Position numbers and translations under genes: made by a program. Source: the human T2T-CHM13v2.0 reference genome, Homo sapiens. From it: a stretch of DNA of 64,000 nucleotides. The stretch lies in assembly GCF_009914755.1 (NCBI RefSeq), contig NC_060931.1. One strand, 5' to 3'. A model generated the notes under the pieces. It was given only the letters and a program-made list of their open reading frames with translations. It was not told the origin of the DNA and searched no databases. Positions 53,976 through 64,000 of the stretch are shown one piece after another; the stretch's first letter is position 1; each line of letters opens with the position of its first letter.

Positions 53976-55704
53976 TCAGTTCTTACATCTTCTTACCCTG
54001 ATAGGTGAATGTTATCTCATCCATGTGCGGGACGGATGCTTGCGTTGCAGTGCTTTTCTTTCAGTAGTTAGCAGATGTTTTTACACTGTGCTTTTCTCTT
54101 CTAGCATTAAAGAGAAGAAATCCCATGAAAGTTTACATTTTTTTCTTTGTGTGTAACTTTTTGTTTGAGAACTCATAAAAATTTTCTCTTTTTTTTTTGA
54201 ATCAGAAACTTCAGGACGATTTGCCTAAATGTGTCTTTTTCCATCAGTCCTTCCTGGAACTTAGTAAACCCTTTCAATTAACAAACTAAAATAATTCTGC
54301 AAACCAGAGAAAACTGCCTTTTTCATTTCTTCATTATTATAGTACTCCATTTATTGATTATTCTTCTTCTAAATTTCTATTATCTAACACTTTCTTAAGT
54401 CTCTAATCTTTTTCTTTATAATTTCAGTGACTTTGTATTTTTGCTCTGAAATCTTGGCTGTTTCTTCCGTTAGATCTTACAGGCCATTATACTGATCCTG
54501 AATAGTAATTATTCTATCCTCATCTTTCAAGATAATTTATAAATGTATTGTCATGGAAAATTCCAAAGTTGTACATAAATTAAAAGAATCCTAATAACAC
54601 ACCCTTTTCCATGTACCATTCATTACCTGTCTTCAGCAACTACCAGCAAATGGCCAATTTGATGTCATTTTTGTGTCAACCTACTACCTTCTAAGCCAAT
54701 TGGATTATCTTCCAAAACATCCCAGACCTTATATCCTGTCACACATAAGTATTTCAGAATCTAAGGTAGTCTTATCTAAGGTAGTCTTTTATGCCATCTT
54801 ATGCCTTTATGTGTCCAATTATTTTCTGTTAAAGTTCCTCATTTCTCCTCCATATTTTCCATTTTAACAAAAGCCAACTCTTCTGTGGGCTTTTTTTTCT
54901 TTGTATACACATGGTTCCAGTCACCCTGAGGTCAAGCTGCTGCAATGCTTTACCTTGTAGATATTGGGTATATTTAGTATTCCTCTTATCTGCAAGCTAA
55001 GGAGACAAAAATAACAAAACTTCTTAATCTGCTTCCTTTCCTTTTTCTCCTTGTTTGACTTCCTACTCTCTGCCTCTGGAAGCTGGCAAACTGACAGCTC
55101 ATAAATCGTCATTCTCTGAAACCAGGAAGAAGCCTCTTTTCTCTTTCTTCAGCTGCAAATCAGTGGTCTGCATGTCTCAGAGTAAAGATGGGTTAAAGCC
55201 AACTGTTTCTCTACTGTGTAAATCCTTGGGGTCTAAGGAGACTAGCAGGTCTTCCTCCCATGACCACTTATGCAAGATAGAGCTACCCTAACTCTTATGG
55301 GTCAGTGAATCTACACAGGCCCCAAGACCCACAGAGTTCTGAAGTTTGCCTCAGAGCTTCATTCCCAGATTTAGTCAGGCCTAGAAGAGAACTGAGTCCT
55401 GAGCTCTAGTCCTATCCCTTATCAAAACCAAAAAGCCAATTGTTCCCACATATCTGCCATTCCCCACCTGCCTGCTAGCATTGATAGCTGTGCTGGTGGA
55501 CAGATCAAAATTCATATTGGAGGGAGATAAGGGTATGCATTTGCACCACCCTTTCTCCAGAATTCCTCTTGTCCTTTATTCATGGTAGTATTTCTCAAAT
55601 TGCATGAAATCCTTTGGGAGTTTGAAACATAATAAATACCTTGTGCCTATGAATCTGAACTTAAACATATATGTCTTTTTGGCCCATCAGAATATAACAA
55701 TAAT

Positions 55705-56552
55705 AATATGTGTTTTATACTGGACAACATGGAAATGTCATTTTTTCCCTAGATACAAAGTTATCAAGTCTTCACTCTATGCCACTTTTCTAAGATAGAA
55801 ACTTTATAAGAAACAGGATAGGCTGGGAGTGGTGGCTCATGGCTGTAATCCCAGCACTTTGGGAGGTGGAGGTAGGTAGATCATCTGAGGTCAGGAGTTT
55901 GAGACTAGCCTGGCCAACATGGTGAAACCCTGTGTCTACTTAAAACACAAAAATCAGCCAGGCGTACTGGAGCACACCTGTAATCCCAGCTACTCAGGAG
56001 GCTGAGACAAGAGAACTGCTTGAACCTGGGAGGCAGAGATTGCCATGAGCCAAGATCGGGCCAAGATCCAGCCTGGACAACAATAGCAAAACTCTTGTCA
56101 AAAAAAAAAAAAAAAAAAGAAAGAAAGAAAGAAAAAGAAAAGAGACAGGTTAAAGTATAAAATAAACCTCAGTTTCTGGCCTGGCCTCTGATTCTAAGAA
56201 TGCTCACAATGTCTAAAAGGAGGCTTTTCTATGACTGATCACCTGCATATGGACCCCACGGGAAGATGACTTAGTCCAACACTGGAAAGACTTGAGTATT
56301 TGAAAACTATAGTATCATGAAATTCTGCAATTTTAGCATTTGGAAGGGTCTTAAAGATCATCTAATCTCTCTCTCGCTCTCTCTCCCACACACACAAACT
56401 TCTACACAACTTCTATTTTCTCCTCTAGACTAACAGAATTAGAATAATGTGATTTTTATGAAAGTGACTTATCCAAATTACCCAAAGGTCATCAATATGT
56501 GTTTTATAATGGACAACATGGAAATGTCATTTTCCCTAGATATAAACTTATC
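55705..56552. repeat. Dispersed ~60-bp direct repeat (55705-55765 and 56494-56552)
   Basis: aatatgtgttttata[c/a]tggacaacatggaaatgtca(T6/T4)ccctagata[c/t]aaa[g/c]ttatc. Confidence 0.93.
55821..56140 (+). mobile_element. AluS (Sx-like) with A/(GAAA)n tail
   Basis: Dimeric Alu; aaga[a/g]acagg on both flanks. Confidence 0.94.
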
Positions 56553-57793
56553 CAACTTGGTTTTCTGTTATGCTTGGTTAAAAATACATAATAAAATAAC
56601 ATTACATGTGTTTATATACACAAAGAAGTCCATCAAAAATATGTCTGGCAAAAATAAGTGTAATATATAAGGGAGGTAAATGTATGCTATAAGGAAAAAA
56701 AAACCCATAAAACTCATGTAGGCATTTTTTTAGTGTAAAAGAAAATAAATGGATGACACTATCTACTTGATAATATTTGAAACTGAAGTACCTAAATAAG
56801 CCGTAGAAAATCTGTATCTACTCACTTGAATTGCTATAATGCAATTTCTCAGAGGATTTATATTAGAATCAGATTGACCTTTATACCAATCAGAATATAA
56901 TAGGTATGGGGAAACTACATTGAACCACACATTTCATTTTTGACTTTGCCAAAAATATGAAATCCATATTGTTTTTAAATAATAGAATTAAATGCATGTG
57001 AAATCACAACAAAATCTTAAAGAAAAAAAATTTTATCCTTAGCAAGACATATGTATTAAACTGAATGAACTACAAGGCACAGAAAGAACCATCCATTAAG
57101 TCAGGAAGATACAGTGGGTTCTTTCGGAAACAGAATTATGGCTGGGGAATCTGTGTGTGTGTGATAGGCATCTAACATTAGCCATTATTCTGTCATATCT
57201 ACTTCATCAGTGAGTAAGAAATCTCATAATGTTGAATGAAATTGATCGCTGTTGTTCCTAGGATTCTGTATCAAAACTCTGATATGATATTCTTGCCAAA
57301 CTACAAATCATCTCTTCAATGCCTCTTTCACAATGCAGTGTGGTGTATCTTCCAGGTTCTTTCAATGAACCAATCTGATGAATGCAAAATTGTAATCTGA
57401 AAATATAAAAACTATCTATACTAAGGTATACAGTTTTTAGAAGTAATAAAATATTTTATATCAAGTATATTACTTTTATGTGTTTGATAGGTAAGGGTTA
57501 AATATGGATATTAGTTTGTCAAATAATAATAAAATAAAATAGGTTCTCTCGTGTTAAATGCATTTTTAGGTTTCTAAGGACCCTTTAATATTAATGAAAC
57601 ATCGTCATCAAAAGATACATATTAATAGTTGAAATCATTTAATTTTTTTCTAATATTGCAAATAGACACTATGTCCCTTAAAAAACACATAAAACTTGGC
57701 TGGAAAAATATTGAAAACCAAAAAAAAATGCATGCCATTCCTACACATCCTATGAGGCACAGTTATTTTATCCCATAATCCATTACAACTGTA

Positions 57794-57908
57794 CCAGTCT
57801 TTAAGACCATGGACAACCAGTGTTTAAGACCATGGACAACCAGTCTTTAAGACCATGGACAACCAGTCTTTAAGACCATGGACAACCAGTCTTTAAGACC
57901 ATGGACAA
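57794..57908. repeat. Minisatellite, 5 x 23 bp (ccagtctttaagaccatggacaa)
   Basis: Copies start at 57794, 57817 (one C>G), 57840, 57863 and 57886; no spacers. Confidence 0.98.
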
Positions 57909-58119
57909 TTTTTTCTCATGAATCTGGGAAAGGGAAGAAAAGTGAAGCTAAGACAGAATTCTAATGCCTCCAACTGCACATAAAAGAGGGATATAAACAA
58001 CAAAAGATTATGGCCACAAGGCACAATTATTTCACTATGGTATCAGGGGGTCATCGTATGAACCAATTCTAAAACACAACAAAGATTCTCATTTAAGAAC
58101 AAAATCTTGGGCAAAGGAA

Positions 58120-58520
58120 ATGCATAGAAATTTAACAACAAAGAAATCATAAAGACAAATGGCCACAATTAAACATTTAATTATATTTGTAATTAAAGAA
58201 ATGCAAATAAAAACAAAAGAAAATTGCTATTTACCTTTCATATTAGCAAATATGAAAAGATTGAAAATACCCAGCATTATAGATGGCACAAAGCACTATC
58301 TATCCCACGTAGTATAAGAAAATAAGGTGCCTCTTATCCTAGAATTTTGTTACTAAAAATATATCTTAAGGAGACACATCAATAATTATACAAAGAATTT
58401 TAAGCAAGAATGTTCACAAAACATTTTTTAATAGCAGAACTTTGGAAACAACCTAAATTTCTATCAATTACGAATCTAACTATACAGAGGTATCTAAACT
58501 ACATTTTAAAATGATTATGA
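58120..58520 (+). mobile_element. L1ME-like fragment
   Basis: gtaattaaagaaatgcaaataaaaacaa and ttggaaaacaacctaaatttctatcaa. Confidence 0.6.
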
Positions 58521-58529
58521 ATATTGTTT

Positions 58530-59900
58530 TTCCTGTAAGCCTTTAAATTTACTGCTTTCCATGTATAGATGTGCTCCCCCATACATCTATGTGCTCTCCC
58601 ACATTTTCCAACACCCTTTTAGTTAAGCCAGATTATATGACTACTTATGGATCATCAGTGGTGACCAGAAGTGTTGGGTGATATTTCCGTGATGAAACAT
58701 TTAACAGCCAGTACGCGACCCTCCATCACTCTCTGCCCTTGATCTAGAAACTGTATGTTCCAAATAGCAAGGCACATGTTGTCCAGATCATTGAGTCACT
58801 GCTTGGAAGATAGCTACTAGGTCCACGACAGACTTTATAAAATCAAGAAACAAACTTAAATGTGTCATTAGTGAGATTTAAGCATTTATGAGTTACTATC
58901 ACAGAGACCAGCTGACTAATAAAAAGACATTTATAGCAAAAGTAGGATACTTTTGTAATAAAAAAAAAAGAAAATATGTGGCATTGGCTTAGTCATCAGA
59001 TGGAAGGCAGTAGGAAAACAATTCCCAGACAGTAGTGAGATATTGATTTATGTTTGCAGTAACAAAACATTGGACAAAATTAAAGACTTGATAATTTGAA
59101 AGAGATAATGTATCTAATAAACTTGTACCTCTGGGTTCATGATCATGATTAAATGCAGCCAACAGTAAGGGTTAATTGTTAATTGACTGTGTATGACAAG
59201 ATATCACAAGAAAACAATGAGCTCAGGATAGAATTAGTAAATGCACAATAAGAAATAAAAAGTAATTTGGGCTTTGCAAATTTGCAGAAGATATTTATCC
59301 TAGACCTTAAGAAGTGAAAATGAAATTAAAGGTGACTTTGAGTGACACAACAACTTGAATCCTGCATGAAGCTGGAACGGAAGGTTGTGCCCCTGCAGCT
59401 CCACCTGCACAGGCCTTTGCCCTTTCTCAAGAGCACCAGCAAATGAACACACCATACCAATAAGTGACGCTCAAGAATATAGATTTCAGGTAATTATGGC
59501 AATTCCTAGATCCTGCTCAAAGGACCTTGTCAAAAATCTAATGATAGAGATGTAGACAAAATTAATCTCAGTGAGTTACCATGGGACTAAACTCACACTC
59601 CAGTTGGAGCAAGGAAAAGAACTCAAGTCAGTAGAGGAGGAATTTCCAAGTTAGACTTAGCTAGAAGAATTATGGAGAGTTAATGATTAGAAGACAGAGA
59701 GAAGGCAGGGTAATCATTCAGTGTGTTCAACAACAGCAAAATTTTGATATGTTCATCAGCAGCAAAATACTGACAGAGATAATGTATTTGAAAAATATAA
59801 ACACACATATCTAATCTGGGTTTAAAACCCCTTCCTTCAAAAATGTTTCCTGTGAATATGACTCCTATCAAAAGGATATAAAATATTATTTAGAATCAAT
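58530..59900 (+). mobile_element. MLT1-type MaLR LTR (~58530-58922) followed by internal sequence
   Basis: LTR-like end ...cagctgactaata followed by the MLT1-internal-like start aaaatatgtggcattggcttag; 3' limit uncertain. Confidence 0.55.
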
Positions 59901-60030
59901 GTTTTCAAAGAAAAGCCTTTCAAGAAACCAAAGTTTCAATGAAATTAATTAACCTAGAAAATCAACAATTGATTCCAACAGTGAGAAAATGCATACGCAA
60001 GCAAATTTTTACAAATATAGTCAAAGTAGA

Positions 60031-60500
60031 TGTTCTAGTTATTTAGCACTTGTCTCTGAATCCCAAATATATCAATCTTTGCTATTCTCTGTGATTCTGG
60101 AGCTAGGACTCTACAAACCACATTTATGTGCAGCTGGCTTTCTGTTAGATCTGATAAATGGGGGCACTTGAATAGTTAAGAGAGAAGTGAAAAGAAGTTT
60201 GCTTTTTTCCTGTGCACTTGCTGTTACTGGAAGCATTGTCTCAGCAATGTCTCCTGACCTCAGCAATTGCTGACCTCAGCAATTGATGCCAGTCTCCAGT
60301 TTCTTTCAGCTCCTTCAGAATCAACTTCATTGCACCCTCTTCATGGTTTCCAGCAGAATCCATCTAGGCAGCACCTGTCCTCAGAGGCTGAACTCCAGCT
60401 CTATAAGTTACTTCCTTCAAAATCTTGAAGTACTAGCAGTAGCCAGGTGTCCTCTTCTAAGAAGTTAGAGTCTCAACCCTGCTGGGCCCCTTTCCTGAAG
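60031..60500 (+). mobile_element. ERVL LTR remnant (LTR41/LTR33-like), 3' part missing
   Basis: tgttctagttattta...ctgtgattctggagctaggactctacaaaccacattt...cagctggctttctgttag resembles this LTR group. Confidence 0.55.
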
Positions 60501-61273
60501 ACCCATCCTGTTATACATTCCCATTTTCTGGCTACATAGTTTATATAGATGTACTCAGCAACTGACAGAATCCCCACATTGGTTCCCTTCCTCATGGAAT
60601 AAAGGCTATTATGAAAGACAGGACAAAGTGTTATCCACGGGAACTTCCTCTTCCTACATAAGCCTGGGAAATCTGCAGAGAACAGACACCAGAAGAAAGC
60701 AGATGGACCTTGGCAAATAAATATGTACTACTATAAATTTAATAAGGCAATTACACCAATTACAGCAGCTGTTCTGGAAACATTGTTTTTATTAGAGCAA
60801 ATTTTCAAAGACCCTAGTACCTGGTATGCACTTATTGATTTGGAAATTGCTACTTTTTCCTTAAAAATTGTCAAAAAACATGAAGAGTAGCCTACTTTTT
60901 CCTGACATGGTCAAAAATTGTTTAGAAAAAATTAACTTCTGTTCTTTGCGTAACTCTAGTCTTCCTAGAGTTGGATTATCACAAAATCACTCAGAATACC
61001 TCCTTTCTTTGCCACATTAATATTATCATGAAAATAGGGCCTGAAGAGCAAGAACCAGAATTACCATAGATGATTTAGTAAGATAAACATAAACTAGAAA
61101 GTAAAGGAGATAAATCCCATGGAAATTCAGAGACTAATCACTTCAGTGATGTTTCTGGAATCTGGTCATTAAGACATTTCCTCTAAAGTAAAAGACAAAT
61201 TGCTATATTTTCTCCTTTTATTAAAAAAGATGCACAGTGTTTGGAGATCTCTTTGAATTCTTGAAACAATGTA

Positions 61274-61776
61274 CAGCCAGTCCTCCATATCTGTAGGTTC
61301 CATATTCATGGATTCAACCAATAGCAAGTTAAAAATATTTGGAAAATAAATAAATAATACAATACAGATTATAAAACAATTAGTATAAAAACATTACATA
61401 GCATTTGCATTGTAGTAAGTATTATAAGTAACCCCACCTCTACTAAAAATACAAAAATTAGCCAGGCACAGTGGCACGCACCTGTCATCTCAGCTACTCA
61501 GGAGGCTGAGCCAAGAGAATTGCTTGAATCTGGGAGGTGGTGGTTGCAGTAAGCTGAAATTGTGCCACAGCACTCCAGCCTGGGTGACAGAGTGAGACTC
61601 CATCTCAAAAAAATAAATAAACAAGTAACCCTGAGATGATTTAAAGTATACAAAAAGATGTGTGTAGATTATATACAAATATTATGCCATTTTATATAGG
61701 GCACTTGAGCACCCACATATTTTTGTATCTGTGGAGTTCCTGTAACCAATGCCCTACAGAAACAGAGGGATGTCTA
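61274..61776 (-). mobile_element. MER2-like TcMar-Tigger MITE
   Basis: ta|cagccagtcctccatatctgtaggttccatattcatggattcaacca at one end and cctgtaaccaatgccctacagaaacagagggatgtct at the other. Confidence 0.85.
61432..61622 (+). mobile_element. 5'-truncated AluS inside MER2
   Basis: Starts at ccccacctctactaaaaatac; TSD aagtaaccc at 61426-61434 and 61623-61631. Confidence 0.93.
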
Positions 61777-62313
61777 TCTATCACTTTGGAATGTGCTATT
61801 CTTACTAATTTACAAAGGAACTTTAAGATTAACAGTTTTGAATGGGACTCAGAGCAAGAGAGGGGCCTGTAGTTGGCCCAGGCTTTAATGTGAATTACTC
61901 TGCTCCTTGAGCCTCTCGACACAACAGATCTAATGCTACAGTGTCTAAGAAAAATAGGGATATTATATACAGCTCTGGCAATCCCCAACAGTACAGACCC
62001 ATAGGAGTTGGGAACAAAACCATGGTTCTCTTACATGGGAATTTATTTTTTTGAGAAATACTTCCTTGCTTGCTAGGTGGTCCTGTTCCATTTTTCCTCC
62101 ATGAATGTCAAGTGACAATGCTCTCTCAGCATAGACTGGGCATTATCTGATACACCAGTCCATAAAGATCAAGCATGTATGGTGGCAATTCATCATCAAA
62201 TAGAAATGATTCATAAGAGATTGTACTCAAGTCAGGCAAGAAGGCACGAGAGGTGCCTACAATTCCCGCAATACCTACTGCTTCTCCATTGTCTCTTCTC
62301 CTTCACTCTACAT

Positions 62314-63384
62314 TGTTGCAGGAAGTCAGAGACCCCAGATGGAGGGACCGGCTGAAGCCATGGCAGAAGAATGTGGATTGTGAAGATTTCATAGACATTT
62401 ATTAGTTCCCCAAATTAATGCTTTTATAATTTCTTATGCCTGTCTTTACTGCAATCTCTAAACATAAATTGTAAAGATTTCACGGACACTTATCATTTCC
62501 CCAGTCAATACCCTTGTAATTTCCTATGCCTGTCTTTACTTTAGTCTCTCAATCCTGTCAGCTGAGGAGGATGTAAATTGCCTCAGGACCCCGTAATAAT
62601 TGCATTAACTGCACAAATTGTACAGCATGTGTGTTTGAGCAATATGAAATGTGGGCACCTTAAAAAAAAGAACGGGATAACAGCAATTGTTCAGGGCATA
62701 AGAGAGATAACCTTAAATTCTGACCACCGGTGAGCCAGGCGGAACAGAGCCATATTTCTCTTCTTTCAAAAGCAAATGGGAGAAATATCGCTGAATTCTT
62801 TTTCTCAGCATGGAACATCCCTGAGAAAGAGAATGCCCACCTGAGGGTAGGTCTCTGAACTGGCCCCCCAGGCATGGTCGTCTCTTATGGTCGAGACTGC
62901 AGAGGTGAGATAGACTCCAGTCTCCCATAGCGCTCCCAGGCTTATTAGGAAGAGGAAATTCCTGCCTAATAAATTTTGGTCAGACCAGTTGATCTCAAAA
63001 CCCTGTCTCCTGATAAGATGTTATCAATGACAATGGTGCCTGAAACTTTATTAGCAATTTTAATTTAGCCTCAGTCCTGTGGTCCTGTGATCTCACCCTG
63101 CCTCCACTTGCCTTGTGATATTCTGTTACCTTGTAAAGTACTTGATGTCTGTGACCCACACCTATTCACATACTCCCTCCCCTTTTGAAACTCCCTAATA
63201 AAAACTTGCTGGTTTTTGTGGCTTGTTGGGGCATCATGGAAACTACCGTCATGTGATGTCTCCCCCGAATGCCCAGCTTTAAATTTTCTCTCTTTTGTAC
63301 TCTGTCCCTTTATTTCTCAAGCTGGCCAATGCTTAAGGAAAATAGAAAAGAACCTACGTGAATATCGGGGCAGGTTCCCTGATA
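62314..63384 (+). mobile_element. MER11 solo LTR (HERV-K HML-8 group)
   Basis: Begins tgttgcaggaagtcagagacccc...ggagggaccggctgaagccatggcagaagaa and ends gaatatcggggcaggttccctgata; polyA signal aataaa near 63197; exact 6-bp TSD ctacat at 62308-62313 and 63385-63390. Confidence 0.95.
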
Positions 63385-64000
63385 CTACATCTATGCCCTC
63401 ATGAAAAGTTCTGATGACCTATTGACAAGGGAAGAAAGAAAAACTCAGACTTTTAGTGATGGCTCTGCACTATATTCCTGAATCAACAGGAAGTGAACTT
63501 TGTAGCATCATAGTTCCATTCAGAAGTATCCGTGAAAAGCAGTGGTGGAGAGAAATTCTTTCAAGAGAAAAATTTTGAACCATAAATACGATTTTTCAAT
63601 TTGTCTGGACTAACTGGATGGCCTGAGTATGTGTCTATCCTGATGCATGTTAGAGTAGTTAACAGTCCAACAAGATTTTTAGTGACTTGGAAAGGAGAGA
63701 TTAGAGGATTAGTGAGAAGGTTTGGAGAAGAGACATGTAGATGAACCATTGCAACAGGGACAGCATATAAAGATCTTTGTAGCCCATGTTAATGTTTGTC
63801 AAAGGCATTCACTGTCAAGGAGTCTTTCAAAACTCAGTTGGAAAGGATAATATGCTTTATTGTTCTCAGACAATCTCCTTCCTCAGCCACTCAATAGTTG
63901 TTCAGTGGATCATGGACATACTAAAATTGTCTATGGTGACTGCTCTTCATGGGTCAACAAATGAACATTTCCTCATCAATTCTAATCTTTATATTGCTAC

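Larger units (their letters stand above)
60540..64000 (+). pseudogene. Decayed ERV-L (class III) pol remnant, interrupted by MER2/Alu and MER11
   Basis: Translated patches match ERV-L Pol: ...QNPHIGSL (~60565), YYKFNKAITPITAAVLETLFLLEQIFKDPSTWYALIDL (RT N-terminal part, ~60730-60845), SFEWDSEQERGL (~61835-61870) and FSDGSA (RNase H, ~63452); many stops and frameshifts. Confidence 0.85.

Noticed and set aside
57794-57908. CRISPR-like array of 23-bp repeats
   Set aside because: Repeats are directly adjacent with no unique spacers, there are no cas genes, and the context is primate DNA; it is a minisatellite.

Overview
Primate (most likely human) nuclear DNA: strongly AT-rich, CpG-depleted and dense in repeats, as expected for a deep intron or intergenic region. 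It contains about 15 Alu elements, L1 fragments of many ages (L1PA to L1ME), L2/MIR relics, DNA transposon fossils (MER46-, MER30-, MER58- and MER2-like), MaLR LTRs (THE1/MST/MLT1), a decayed ERV-L provirus with recognisable pol remnants, and a MER11 (HERV-K HML-8) solo LTR with an exact 6-bp target-site duplication (TSD). I cannot recognise any intact protein-coding gene, RNA gene, CRISPR array or prokaryotic system, and the ORF track is explained by Alu/L1/ERV remnants and chance ORFs. The most unusual structures are rearrangement scars. (1) A near-perfect 70-bp fold-back inverted duplication starts exactly at the truncation point of an ~88-bp young L1 stub (9423-9674). (2) A 5'-inverted L1 is nested inside another 5'-inverted L1 (31.85-35.98 kb). 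(3) A possible L1M+Alu chimeric retrocopy is bounded by a 15-bp direct repeat (38827-39408). (4) A ~60-bp sequence is duplicated ~790 bp away (55705/56494). (5) There is a 5 x 23-bp minisatellite (57794-57908). Subfamily names come from recalled consensus sequences, not a database search, and boundaries of old elements are approximate.
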